Shown: piece by piece, positions 12,401 through 23,582 of the stretch
Position numbering within the stretch: position 1 is the first letter of the stretch
How the letters are laid out: every line of letters starts with the position of its first letter
From: Phoronis australis
Taxonomy: Eukaryota; Animalia; Phoronida
Reading direction: 5' to 3'
DNA length: 47,189 bases
Assembly (NCBI GenBank): GCA_002633005.1
Contig: NMRA01000456.1
Span: forward strand, 318,631 to 365,819
Translations under genes and position numbers: made by a program
The notes under the pieces: model-generated
The model's input: only the letters and a program-made list of their open reading frames with translations
Databases searched by the model: none
Told to the model about the DNA's origin: nothing

Positions 12401-15400
12401 CATACCACTCAACCAGGTAACAAGATCTGTCCTCATTTGGCATTTAATTTCATCAGAATTATGTGCCTGTGTGTGCATTTTTATGATAACTGAAAGAGTA
12501 TAACCTTGCCCATACCCGGGGGGGTGCAATGAGTGTGAACGCACCCCCCACCAGGATTTGGGGTCTGACTTAGCAAGCCAAATTCAATTCATATTACCTG
12601 TACCTGCATAGGCGGATTTAGGGGGGGGGCCCAGGAAGCTCGGGCCCCCCCCCTTGGCTGCGGAAAAAAAAAATAAAACAGTAAGAGCGTAGGGAAATGG
12701 TGAGTTTATTAATTAACCCCGGTAATTAAAATTATACGGATGAAAAAAGATTTAAATGTGTGCACTTTTAGTGTTTGGGGGGGGGGGCTCAAACCCAATT
12801 TCAAGTGTCAAATTCGGAACACTGCGCATTCGTAACGGAACTATGGCTAAGTATAGGCTCTCCCGCGATATCCCAGGCGACCGGCAGTGGCGCTGCGCAC
12901 TACGACTCCGTTTCCGTCGTCTGCTCCACTGTGCAATGAAGAAAATTTACTTCATTTTTTAAAGAAAATGGAACCTGAGTGACGATGAAAAAACAGAAGC
13001 TGCTGGTAAGATGTGAATTTTAATTGAAGCCTTAGTGAATCACTCAGAAACTCGCAATACTCTCTTTGTCAAACCTTATCTTAAGACGATTTCCAAAGCA
13101 ATCCCGTCATTATTGCCAACACGAAAAACGGATTTGGTCTTTTGGGCATTTGAAGACTGTTTTAAATACGACAAATTTGTTAAGAATTCATGGCACAAAA
13201 TATAAAACGTGTAATAAGCATTACGAAAAGAAGTAGGTTTCGCGCGCAAACGCTGTGGACCATAAACAAGTAGGTCTTTTAGTACGAGATTACTAGTTAA
13301 ATCGTGGTGGTGTAGTGGTAACTCACGCGTTCTCTAACCGCCAGGTCGAGAGTTCAAGTCTTTGGTACGTTCAGTTTTCCTGTTTGACACGTTCTCCTTT
13401 TTTTTTTTTCTTGAATAATACTTCAGGAATCAAGGAAAATGCTTGATTTTTAGAGGTAAAAACAGAAAAATTTCCCGACCTCCCCCCATTCAGTGCTATG
13501 CGCATCTACAATCGTGGTTCAGTTTGCGCAAATGCTTACAGCCGGACAAAAATGTTGGGCCCCCCCTCCTAGACCCGCCACTGACCTGTGCTTTTTCAAT
13601 TACCTCCTTAATGTTCTTTTACTAAAAATACTTTTCGCTGTAAATGAAATGTTTGTCAGCTAGAAAGGTTGTCAGCTAATAGCAAAGAGGGCAAACCTAT
13701 GGTTTTAGTATTTATGAATATGTCAATCTTAATATGGCGTGGAAAATATGTTGCAAACATTTAAGTTGTGTCTGCACGCCACCTGCTGGCCATATCACGT
13801 GACCTAATGAATATAATTCCAAAAAGATTTCGGTCCGACCAGGACTCGAACACAGGACCTTGTGCTGACTGTACACAAAGAAGGCTCATGCGATGGGAGG
13901 GTTCATTTCTGTGGGCACGCGCGTTATATGAACCCAGTAGGTAAACAGCAGTCTGATACACAACAATCAGAAACACAAAGCATTGTCAATATCTGAAAGT
14001 TTTGACTCATGATATTGTGGTATTATGTAGTCAGCAAACTATTCAGTTATTTAATGCTGTCTACCATTGCATATAGTCATTTTTCAATGGAACTCACTTT
14101 GCATCTCTAAGAACAATTAGCTAGCTTCTTGGTTATAGATACATGCGGTAGTTTGATGTCATTTTATTTGCTTTTGTTACTGTATCCTGCATTGAAACTG
14201 AGAAATGTCGATTCCAGTGAACTAAGGTTTCGTTCCTGTGTTCTCCGACTCAGTTTTGTCAACACACATTTCACGTATATTTAGGAGTCTCCCTGTTAAA
14301 ATGAGAGCCAAGGAGCCCCAGCCTAACAAACAACACGTACCTTGAACAGTGCTATTGGCCACATCCACAAAAAATGAATATTTTTTTCTTTTTTGTTCAT
14401 TTCCAGTGGTGCATAGTTTTGACCAATGCATAATAAAAGCTTATCCCATCGTTGCATGAAGTATGGGTTTTTCATAGTCTACATCGTTGATTGAAGTCTG
14501 GTTTTGTCCGCTTCCTTTAGCTTTGCACCCTTCCAAGTCTCATGCTTGGTATGGGCATGATAACTGTGGGATAACCCCAAATCTTCTTTGAATGACTGCT
14601 TAGTGTGTCTTTAGTCATAACTCATTTTCACACGCGTATACGCATGCAGGCACGCGAACACGCATGCACACAATTCTAATGTGCATTGGCCCAAATCTTT
14701 TAGAAATTCTATTCACGTCTGATAGAGAGAATTGCTGATACGCAAAGTATCAACAAAAAGATTATCTAGTACACGTTACCAGGCATCAGACGTGGCCAGT
14801 CCACAAGGCTTGTTCATTACACAAAACATATAAGTCTTCCAATGTCTTTCAAAAGCTCAAGATGATTTATTCATTTTGTTAACAACTGGAAGCACTTTGT
14901 GACACATGTATATCATGAGAAGTCGAAGAAGCTATTAATATGTTTACTTTATTCGAATTCTGCTTTAATCTTATGTCTATTTCCTATAGGGTTGCCTGAA
15001 ACCTGTTTCAGTAATTATTCCTCATGGAAGTATTCTGGACCCGTCGGAATCAGCTGCTGTGGTTGGTGGAAATGTTCTAACATGCCAGCGAATCGTAGAC
15101 GTTGTCTTTAAAGCTTTTGCCACTTGTGCTGCATCTTTAGTAAGTTACTATTGTGTAGTCACAACTGCTGAGCAGTTATTGAGACAATAGTGTCTCAGTG
15201 GAGTTATTAGGAGTCAAATAAAGTTGTCAAAGTGAGATTTTTAACGATTCTCATTGAACCGATAATAACATGGTTTTTATTGCCACATTGACCTTTGTAG
15301 CCTTATTTTACCACCAGGGGGATTTGTTTGGTTGCTACCAGGCAAAGATATTTTTGGCTTTCCATTGATACAGTATGTACATGTTACACACACAGGCTCA

Positions 15401-18400
15401 GAATATCACAGACAATTTAATTTCTGTGTAATAATGTGATGACATGATCAAACTAAAAGCTTGGTTTGCTGATGCAAGTTATTACATGTGGCGTGTTGTA
15501 ATGCTCGTAGAGTAGCGACACATTCTGATCAAAGTTCAACTGTGAAGGATATTGTGTTTCTAACAGAATACTGTTTGTTTTCTTATACTGTAGTCATTTA
15601 TGGTCATCTATGGGATGGCTTTTGACTCTGGCTCTGTAACAAGCCACAAATTATTTATATATTATACCCTTATTTGAAATGAACTTATATGTTGTTTCAT
15701 AGCAATTTTTGACATGGAATTTTTCAGTTTAAGCTCGAACATCTAGTCATGAATAACTTTTTCAAAGGTGTATGTTTCATTAAGAAGTAAATCATGACTT
15801 CGCTTTAGCTTTCTGTTCTTGTTTACGTACATAAATGCTGGTGAGGGTATTTGGTTCCTCAGGAGTAGAAGAATGTTTCCTGTTGCATTTATTTCATCAG
15901 TCAGTTAATCTTTGAGAAACAATGAAACTACAGCACAATGTATCATTGTATACTCCAGCACAATGTATCATTGTATACTTGTTTGCTCTGCTCAAGGTCT
16001 TTCTCCCTGTCCATTTTGTCTCATCTTCAGTAAAATATCTTTAAATTGGCTTCTTGTCACTCTACCCTCACTCCTCCGAGGTGGGTAGGTCAGTTTTAAG
16101 ATTGGTTAGTAAGATATTTTATTTTTCTTATTGTCAGGTTGTGCTTATTTTTGTAACTAAAGTATTTAGTATTTACCACAAATTGGAAATAAAATTCAGT
16201 CTTCGGATTACAAATAAAATGTTTTGTAGGCATATTGTACAGGCTGTAACTCAAGCAGAAACATTTAATTATTTAGTTTAATTGACACCTTGTTGTTTGT
16301 CTTCCTAGGGCTGTATGAATAACACTACATTTGGTGACAAAGATGTGGGTTACTATGAGACGGTGGCGGGTGGCTCTGGAGCGGTATGTATGTCACAGTC
16401 CAATAGATATAAGCCAATCCTGCCCCGCTTTTTGCATGTTGTATAGCTAAGCTGTCTTGATCTGGCTCAGTATATTTGTGATGTATGAGGACAGCATTAT
16501 AAAACTACAGTTCTGTCAATGAATCCGCATTGTATTGAAAAATGACTTTTGGAAGGATGGAGGTTTTTTACATTTCTTCTAGGTGTTACAGTGCCTTGTA
16601 CCAAGTATTTTAAATAGTAGGTGAAGATGTACGTTCCAAAACACTTTTCACACGGGCTAGAGTAAAACTTTGAGCCCTATGTTATATTATGCCACAAAAG
16701 CATTTTTGGGTTCTGGCAATTTTTAAAATTCTGCATAAGTACTTTAGAAATACAAAAAATGCCCAGATTATATTTTTCCAATATAATCTTTTTCAAAAAC
16801 CTCTTGGACATTGTCATGTTAGTTTTAATGTTGTGGCTTGTCAACTCGACTTTAGCCTCTGCCTTAAATGAGTCGCCTTCAAATTTAATGAATCTGACAC
16901 ATTGCAGCTGACGTATGCCAATGAATTTCCCTGTGGTACTCCAGTAATAGTAATGTTAACAAAGTAGTAGCAAAATGAAGTTAGATAAACGATATAAAGT
17001 GGCTACTTTACAAAGTAAACTCAGTTGTCATTCAGCAAGCTTCAATGAACAATACCGGCGTTTTAGTGATGAGGATCCTGTCAACAGATTCAACTATAAA
17101 GGGAAGACAAAAAAGCATATTCAATATCCTGGATCTATATGCACTTTTGCACTCTTTCGTAATGATGAGGACAAATACTTGGGGCTTGTTTTATTAAAGT
17201 CGTACGCTTGCTGTCAGTTAATGCTCAATTCTTACACATGTCTGGTGACGCTTTGTCTGTCTCGCTGATCGAGTTTTATTCCGATGCCCAGCGTGATCTG
17301 GTGATTTTTTTGTCAGACACTAGCCGCAGTGAACCTATGCCGCAGTCACGTTCAAAGAAGCATCGATTTAACCATGGTGTCTTTAAATGGAAATGCTTCT
17401 CCTGATCTGACAAAAGAGCGTGCCCAATCAATCACTGTTCTTGGATGAACATCACCTGATATTTGACTGGGCCATTTAAAAAGCAATCGGAAGAAAATTA
17501 TGAACTCATCATCCAGGTATCAACTGGTTAGCGCAGAAATGGAGGCCGATGAGTGGCTGATGTTACCGATACTAGGATGAATCTGGCCAGATCATCTGCT
17601 ATTGGTTTTACAATTGAGCTTCTGCCAAGTGCCATTAAAAATTAAGCTGGCCTGATTTTAACACCATTCCCCCTTGGTGCTCCAGATAGTCTGATCGTCG
17701 CCCTACTGTCAATTGACCATTTTTAGGTCATGAACTCGTAGGATTGGTGTCCGATAATTTATATGACTGTGTTTATATGTGATGTAGGCAGAAAGATGAT
17801 GGCCTTAATCTCAATATAATCCTGCCCTCTATTGTTGATAAAATGGACCCCTGCAGTTAGTTAATCTATGGCAATGTCCAGCAACTTATTCCATATCTGT
17901 GTTTATAATGAATTCCGGTACTTCTATTCTGACAGCATTATTGTAAAGTAAGTATCTTTGGCTCTTTCAAAATGTAACCAGATATGTACAACCAGTCACT
18001 GTGACACTACAGCTGATTTGAGCTGAATAAATTAAAAAAAGGCATTGTCACGCTACATTAGCTGATATCGGGTAAATTTTTGTTTTTGAAAAAAACCAAC
18101 AAAAAATACCACATCACCATATCAACTTTCAAAACAACCACAGGACAAAATCAAATATGTTTTTTACCTTATTCCTCTACACAAAAAGTGTAGTTCACGT
18201 TTAACTTACTAAACTTTCACCTGTTGCTGTACTTGTTCTCTTTAGGGTCCCACTTGGAATGGCAGAAGTGGTGTCCATTGTCACATGACTAACACACGTA
18301 TCACAGACCCAGAAATACTGGAGCGTCGTTATCCTGTCATTCTGAAGCGATTTAGCCTCAATCCTGGCACTGGGGGTCAAGGTCATCACCGTGGAGGTGA

Positions 18401-19576
18401 TGGGGTCATCCGACAGCTCGTGTTCCGTCGACCACTGGTGTTATCTGTACTTTCTGAGAGGAGAGTGTTTAAGCCATATGGCTTGAAAGGTAGAGTACTA
18501 GGGAGTGATTATATTCTAGGCTCACATTTGTTGAGAGTCATAGAGGGGATTTCATATCAACTCCTGTTACTAAGAAAATGTAATTAAGTGTCCCGTATTC
18601 AAAATGAAAGTAGTTTTATTGTATCTGTAAAGTTTCAAATTGCATGAACACGACTTTAAAACAAGTACAACATTTAAAAACGCATCATTTACTCACTTTG
18701 CTTTGCATAACCGACAATTTTTTCTCTGTGTGGAGCAAGATTTCCTTTCATTAAGTGTTGACATTTGCTGCGTAAATTGTGTCATTAGGTTGTGTCAGTC
18801 TTGAACATTTTTATGAATTGCATGAGGTATTAAAATTATTGAAAATCCTTTCAAAAATTGTACATTACAGAATCTTTTCCATCACCTCTTTAACAACCAT
18901 CAGGGTAGTAGTCATCAGTTTATGTAATCCAGTTAAGAGGTCCAAGCAAAGCCTAGTAACAGATAACACCCTGTAATGACCTGGACACAATAACCAAGTT
19001 GATAAAGCCAACTCTAAAAAAGACTAACTCCAGCTTTAACACTAGCCTAGTCACCGCTCGTTGCTCAGTGGTAGAGGTTTTGGTAATGTTTTTAACCTTT
19101 TGTTCAAAGGTGGAAAACCGGGCAGTGCTGGCAAGAACACACTGATATACACTGATGGAAAACGTGTTAATCTTGGAGGAAAGACATCTGTGGATGTTTC
19201 ACCTGGGGTAGGTGACACATACTCTTAATGTTCAGCTGCAGAATTAAGGACATTGAATATTAATGTCCAAAACTGTGTTTTTGACTATAGTCTCGCAAAT
19301 TTGCTTAAATTTTATTTGAAGATGACAGTTTTTAATTTTTAATGAGTTGCAGTTCACTGCTGGAAGTGACAAAAAACAGCATTTCTTTGACAGAGTAAAT
19401 TTTGCGTATGTCCATTGTTTCAGGACATGTTTCAACTGGAGACACCTGGTGGTGGTGGTTATGGTTACGAAGATGATGCCGATGAAGATTTCCCAGAACC
19501 AGACAGAAAGAAAATGAAGATAGATGTAATCCGGGGAAGTGTACATGACTATCATTTGTCCCAGGAATCTGCATAG
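243..19576 (+). CDS. OPLAH: 5-oxoprolinase (ATP-hydrolysing), 3' part of gene, 17 coding exons, 5'-incomplete
   Basis: Exons 243-413, 2429-2705, 2971-3083, 4999-5062, 5961-6061, 6516-6663, 7410-7511, 8212-8386, 8965-9074, 9980-10054, 11373-11519, 12282-12416, 14990-15139, 16309-16383, 18246-18489, 19110-19207, 19424-19576. All have AG/GT boundaries and compatible phases (sum 2338 = 1+779x3). Motifs of hydantoinase A/B-family oxoprolinase: [131 protein letters not shown]. Confidence 0.97.
498..1975 (+). mobile_element. non-autonomous Helentron/DINE-1-like (HINE) element, ~558-1920, nested in an older copy of the same family
   Basis: T-run start, subterminal IR ATGCGCCCAC (563-572) / GTGGGCTCAT (1886-1895), 3' hairpin CAATGC-TCT-GCGTTG (1898-1912) then CTTGTT, internal tandem modules (GCCCCCT[A/G]GTGGCAATT, GTATCTCC). 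Confidence 0.7.
2429..2705 (+). CDS. OPLAH: OPLAH exon ([14 protein letters not shown]...PPVSEK)
   Basis: tattAG / GTgcag; [14 protein letters not shown] and [20 protein letters not shown] motifs. Confidence 0.92.
2971..3083 (+). CDS. OPLAH: OPLAH exon ([10 protein letters not shown]...GPAIIIDKN)
   Basis: ctgtAG / GTcagt; GP-x-III motif. Confidence 0.92.
3277..3648 (+). mobile_element. decayed 3' fragment of an RLE-type non-LTR retrotransposon (R2/Hero-like endonuclease domain)
   Basis: GWKLAADL*...TGQ*PDILMW...[11 protein letters not shown]...ELKVAKY...AVEVGARGF matches the RPD..ELTVPWE..K..KY..VEVG.RGF pattern; two in-frame stops, one consistent with CGA>TGA. Confidence 0.8.
4650..4820 (+). 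mobile_element. decayed LINE (L1/Tx1-like) C-terminal zinc-finger (zf-RVT) remnant
   Basis: [29 protein letters not shown], plus a second [10 protein letters not shown] copy. Confidence 0.6.
4999..5062 (+). CDS. OPLAH: OPLAH exon ([22 protein letters not shown])
   Basis: ttccAG / GTtagt; STILVEP motif. Confidence 0.9.
5107..5318 (+). repeat. 7/14-bp minisatellite (CTTG[C/T]CACTTGTGT)n
   Basis: About 15 degenerate 14-bp units directly after an OPLAH exon. Confidence 0.9.
5961..6061 (+). CDS. OPLAH: OPLAH exon (VSRS...[21 protein letters not shown])
   Basis: ctacAG / GTaggc; start of the hydantoinase-B half; absent from the ORF track. Confidence 0.95.
6516..6663 (+). CDS. OPLAH: OPLAH exon ([19 protein letters not shown]...ETVRYQ)
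   Basis: tgtAG / GTgagt. Confidence 0.95.
7410..7511 (+). CDS. OPLAH: OPLAH exon (MKALGDD...[10 protein letters not shown])
   Basis: ttgcAG / GTaagt. Confidence 0.95.
7572..7799. mobile_element. foldback MITE with ~80-bp inverted arms
   Basis: 7572-~7652 is the reverse complement of ~7718-7799 with scattered mismatches; TA at both ends. Confidence 0.75.
8212..8386 (+). CDS. OPLAH: OPLAH exon ([21 protein letters not shown]...FQED)
   Basis: ttttcAG / GTactt; phase 0 to 1. Confidence 0.94.
8965..9074 (+). CDS. OPLAH: OPLAH exon (EVTAAF...[15 protein letters not shown])
   Basis: ccacAG / GTggga. Confidence 0.94.
9980..10054 (+). CDS. OPLAH: OPLAH exon ([25 protein letters not shown])
   Basis: tgacAG / GTaaat; 3' end tandemly duplicated downstream. 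Confidence 0.93.
10004..10170 (+). repeat. 3 x 55-bp tandem repeat spanning an OPLAH exon end and its splice donor
   Basis: Units at 10004, 10059 and 10114; one substitution in unit 3. Confidence 0.95.
11373..11519 (+). CDS. OPLAH: OPLAH exon ([11 protein letters not shown]...[17 protein letters not shown])
   Basis: aatcAG / GTacta. Confidence 0.93.
12282..12416 (+). CDS. OPLAH: OPLAH exon (GTAVFDFSG...[17 protein letters not shown]...DIPLNQ)
   Basis: ccccAG / GTaaca. Confidence 0.95.
12607..13583. mobile_element. non-autonomous DNA transposon nested in the previous one, 5-bp TSD ACCTG
   Basis: Termini CATAGGCGGATTTAGGGGG / CCCCTCCTAGACCCGCCACTG; ACCTG at 12602-12606 and 13584-13588. Confidence 0.8.
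13302..13365 (+). repeat. tRNA-derived (SINE-head-like) sequence
   Basis: A-box-like TGGTGTAGTGG (13308-13318) and B-box-like GAGTTCAAGTC (13350-13360); no intact acceptor stem. Confidence 0.45.
13765..13885 (-). repeat. dispersed repeat with tRNA-like B box; second copy at ~43669-43800 (+)
   Basis: Shared AAGGTCCTG..GAGTCCTGGT..GAAATCTTTT..GGTCACGTGAT.TGGCCA.CAGGT. Confidence 0.6.
14990..15139 (+). CDS. OPLAH: OPLAH exon (GCLKPV...[17 protein letters not shown]...CAASL)
   Basis: ctatAG / GTaagt. Confidence 0.94.
16309..16383 (+). CDS. OPLAH: OPLAH exon ([25 protein letters not shown])
   Basis: tcctAG / GTatgt. Confidence 0.95.
18246..18489 (+). CDS. OPLAH: OPLAH exon ([30 protein letters not shown]...PYGLK)
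   Basis: ttttAG / GTagag. Confidence 0.95.
19110..19207 (+). CDS. OPLAH: OPLAH exon ([10 protein letters not shown]...[14 protein letters not shown])
   Basis: tcaaAG (AAG acceptor) / GTaggt; NLGGK motif. Confidence 0.9.
19424..19576 (+). CDS. OPLAH: OPLAH last coding exon ([14 protein letters not shown]...[14 protein letters not shown])
   Basis: tttcAG acceptor, TAG stop at 19574-19576; C-terminal GSV-x-x-Y-x-x-x-QE motif of animal OPLAH. Confidence 0.94.
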   Translation, partial: DMFQLETPGGGGYGYEDDADEDFPEPDRKKMKIDVIRGSVHDYHLSQESA

Positions 19577-20000
19577 GTCTTCCTGGAGTTGGTATATTAC
19601 ACAATTTCTTTAGGCGCAATGAAACTGCCCATTCTTTCAAAAAGCTACGTTATACAATTGGGCTAATCTATTTCCTTCAATTTTGGTATTGATTGATTTC
19701 TAGGTTTGAAAAGAACTCACCCGGCTGATTATTCTTCATTGCTTCTCACCAAACTCATTAAGTTTACTTTTAGCCCTTGAAGCAATGAGTCTGTTGTTGG
19801 AATTACAGTCGTGTTGTTGCGGCTAATGCTAATCCAAACAAAGCATCATAATGCAATAGCATTGCTTTGAAAGAGCAAATACGCTTGTGAAGAAAGTTGT
19901 TTTTTAGCACTAGATCATGTCTTATAACGACTTTGATATCATTTGATTCGCATTTCCAGAGGATTATAGCAGTTATATAGGATTATTTATGAGTCAGTAT

Positions 20001-20006
20001 AATAAA
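20001..20006 (+). promoter_or_regulatory. candidate polyadenylation signal for OPLAH
   Basis: First AATAAA seen after the stop codon, followed by T/GT-rich sequence; no transcript data. Confidence 0.35.
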
Positions 20007-23000
20007 CGGGTTTTGATTATTTAGTTGATAATTTGAATTGTCTGTTTTGATGTAGGGTGAGGATTTCACAAGTCCAATATTTTTGATAAGTTATTGGTTT
20101 TTAGGTGATTTATCTCAGCTTTTTAAAGATTCTAGATTTTTTTTCTAGGCGCTAGCATGAAAATGCAGCAACCCTGGCTTTTAGGATGTATGGAAGCTAT
20201 CTATAACTGGACATGTATCATGATGATTTATAGCTTTGTTGTAAACTTTAAACATGAATTGTGTAAACAAGAGACACCCTAGATACCTGCTGATCAGACC
20301 ACTGAAATTCATGAATGATTCTCATGTTGTAAACACGGATTTATTTCTGTCAACATGTTAGTGTTTCAGTAAATGACTGAACATTTTAATGTCCTCTTAA
20401 GAGGATTTTTTATAAAACCTGCAAAATTCGATGATGTTGGCGGATCGCCTTTCACCTCTAATAATGATAATTAGCTTATGTAACAGTATGTTTGAGTTAA
20501 GAATAGCTATGTGCTCATTTTGCCTCAGAACCGCTTTTTTTGCTAAGTGTCAGTGGTCGATCTTCCCATGTGAACAAACAGGAAATTTGATCTAGATATT
20601 GAGCATACATCCTCATTTTGTAGGAAGTCAAGTAAGCGACATTAAAAAATAGTATCTGTTCCTCAGATTAAATTAAGTAACACATCAAATTGTCAGTAGT
20701 GTTTCATCTGTCAAATTGTAGTACATGGCTATACGTTTTGATTATACAGATTGCTACTGTTTTATTATTTGGTAATGGGGTGATTTCTTCATTACAACTG
20801 TATGGTCAAAACTTTGAAGCTTTGACATGGTTCCGCCCACATGTCAAGGTTCTCAAAAAATCTTCTTAATTTGCTGGAAACTTATCAAATTGGTGATAAT
20901 TTTCTTTTGTCATGCCTTTTTTATGGTGGTCCAAAAACGGGCCTATTTTATATTTCATCCTAAATTTGTTTTACAACTTTTACCCATAGTTACTAAATGG
21001 TGTTGACAGCGGGCTGGGGGAATGTATTGATACCAACGTAGACCAAACTGAACTGTACACTAAGCAGTGGTGGATAAAAATTGTTGATGTCTACTTTTCC
21101 ACAAAATCGATGCTTCCTTGCAGAGGAGATCTTGTTTTGACCAATGTGTCTGATAGAGGGACAGATAACTGGACGTTTGGTAGCCAAATTTCACAAGACA
21201 GGAAGTGTTAACAAATGTAAATAAAGGTCTGCCAATATTGGCCAGAGCTCTCTCCTGTGCACTGTTGCCTACACACTTTCCTTTTGATTTATTACAAAAA
21301 AATATTTGGTTGGGAGGATCTTGCTAACTGATTACCTCAAAATTCCAACTTTTTGTGATAGACAGCGATTTGTTTTCCTTGGGGTTTCTGATGCTGCTTC
21401 TGCAGTGGAACTTGGCTGAAAGAGAGTGACCTCTGTGACCGTGGCAGTTATTGGTAGCTCAGTCATTATCACTAGATGAGTAATTTGTTTACAGTGCCAA
21501 AGTATCCAGTGATGATATTCTTTCTAGGAAGCACTGTAGGTTTTGCCTAATTGCATATCAGATTTTATTTGCCAGTCTGAAATAGGTGCCTGTCCCTAGG
21601 AATCAAAATCAAGGTCTTTCAAACACTTGCTGTGTCCTCTGAAAACTGAGCTGTCCAGACCATCAGACTGACAAAAAAGCCTATGTATTAAGGCAAAAAC
21701 TAGTGTGGTTTTCAGAAAGAATTTTTCATTGGACACTTTAGCACTGTTCACAAGTTACACATTGGGTGATATTTACTGCCCTACCATATGCCTGAGTGAC
21801 TGGACTCTACAACCATGCCAACTTTAAATGAAATATGTCTCCTGTTGGTGTTTGGTCTCAATTATTCTTATCCTCTTTCCCTATGGATACAGACCAGTTT
21901 TGTTCATTTTGGTGTCTAAAGAATCTCACAGGCCTGGAAAATATGAGAAAATGTTATGAAACGCACATTTAGAATGACTTATAAAATGTTATCTTATGAA
22001 ACACACATTTAGAATGACTTATAAAATTCATTCTAATGTGTGCTTTATGAACTACCGTGTTTAAAATTTGGTTAATCTATTTGAACAGAATTATAGTAAA
22101 TTTTATTTAAATATACACATGAAGTCTGATAATATAAATGCGCAGTGCATATCATGATAAGGCTACCATAAACTAACCTTCTACTAAAAAGTGGATTCAG
22201 ACCACCTGTGTAAAATAAGACCTGTTCCATAATTGGATTAGAAAGGGTGTCTGGGCTTGTGAAGAATCAACAGTTTGTTATTTTTCAAGACCTTGTTGGA
22301 TAAGTTGCCTTGACACAGTGCGGTTATTTGATGCATTGAGATGTCTCGAGCAATATCAATTGTTCGTTCTTCATAATCCCAGGAACCGCTTCTCACTTGA
22401 GTAGCGTGAAATCAACATATTGTGTATTAACTTTGTGATATTTTTCTGTAGAAAGTTAAAACCGGTTTTATGTGCAAGTGGTTTAAATCAAAAGTTAGTT
22501 CAGTTGACAACGGGTGGGTTTATAGCAGCATTAAAAGTTCGGTAAAATCTTTCTTCATTTATTCATGATAGAGAAGTATCACCATCCAAATGCTTTAATA
22601 TTTTAAAATTCTACATCATAGCTACCATATCAGACATGTGGTGAAAAATAGTGGGCATTCACAAGAACATGCGAAGGATTTGAACATGCAAAAAGATCAC
22701 TTTTGACATTTTGTTTGTCTAAAATTGATAAGATTGCACTGTTTGTGAAAATGAACTTGTGTGAAATTTACATACATATTTTGAAACAAATCGTCTAGCT
22801 TAATATTTTGGAAGTCTTGGTGGATATAGAAAATATAAATTAGTATGAAATTTGGACAGCAGTCTTCTTAGAACTCCCTGGGGTTTTGTGACTGTTTGAC
22901 ATTTGTATAATGTGACACTCCAGGGGGCAGAGGGATGCATAGCCTTGGTACCAAGCTGTATACTAAATATATTTTGACGACAGCTAGCTGGCTGGCTAGG

Positions 23001-23496
23001 GGAAGTGTCCCATTGAATTATAAAGTTTGCGGCGAGTTAGCTGAAACATAAGGCAGCTCTTGCGCTAACATTTAGAGTTTTGTTACCCCCCCCCTTTCAG
23101 TTTTAAGAACAGTCGTGTTGGTCGTTTACCTTACATACTGTTCGTTTTTTTTGATTTTGAAACTCGTACGCATAACAGGCGCGTTGGTTTATGACCACAC
23201 TTATCCAATACACATTCGGCCAACCGTATGAATAGCGACTAGCTCACATAAATCTGTCACGACGCCATCAAGCCTTTGATGTGCCGAGGAAGTCGCTAGA
23301 TACTCTGGGGTGAATAGTGCACGCTTTCTCGTCCACTTGCGTATCCTGTTTTGCGTAAGAGTTGCCTAATGAATCAAGTGTGTCATTCATATGAACAGTA
23401 ATAGTCCGATGTTGTGGCCAATTATTTGAAGTCCGCCTCTGTGCAGTCAACAATCTTCAGCATATTTTTCTGTTGTCATCTGACATAACTTCATGT

Positions 23497-23582
23497 CTAG
23501 CTAGTTGTATAACTATTTTCACCACTTCCCTCACTCCACCCATCCTCTCCGTTAAGAATTTTTACTTTTTTCTTCTGCTTTC
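23497..23582 (-). CDS. EMI-collagen terminal exon ([28 protein letters not shown])
   Basis: tctttttgcAG phase-1 acceptor, TAG stop; acidic EGSG motif. Confidence 0.65.

Larger units (their letters stand above)
12505..14559. mobile_element. non-autonomous DNA transposon, TIR C[A/T]TGCCCATACC, 5-bp TSD ATAAC
   Basis: ATAAC at 12500-12504 and 14560-14564; inverted termini cttgcccatacc / ggtatgggcatg. Confidence 0.75.

Noticed and set aside
13302-13365. Functional tRNA gene
   Set aside because: A/B boxes are present but there is no acceptor stem or clear anticodon arm, and it lies inside a transposon.
15931-15979. 25-bp tandem duplication with an internal palindrome; a similar 40-bp duplication lies at ~21948-22026
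   Set aside because: Ordinary local slippage duplications with no sign of function.
16620-18225. Possible Kolobok-like DNA transposon with ORFs 16975-17405
   Set aside because: Terminal similarity (AGGTGAA) is too short, there is no TTAA TSD, and no transposase motif was recognised.
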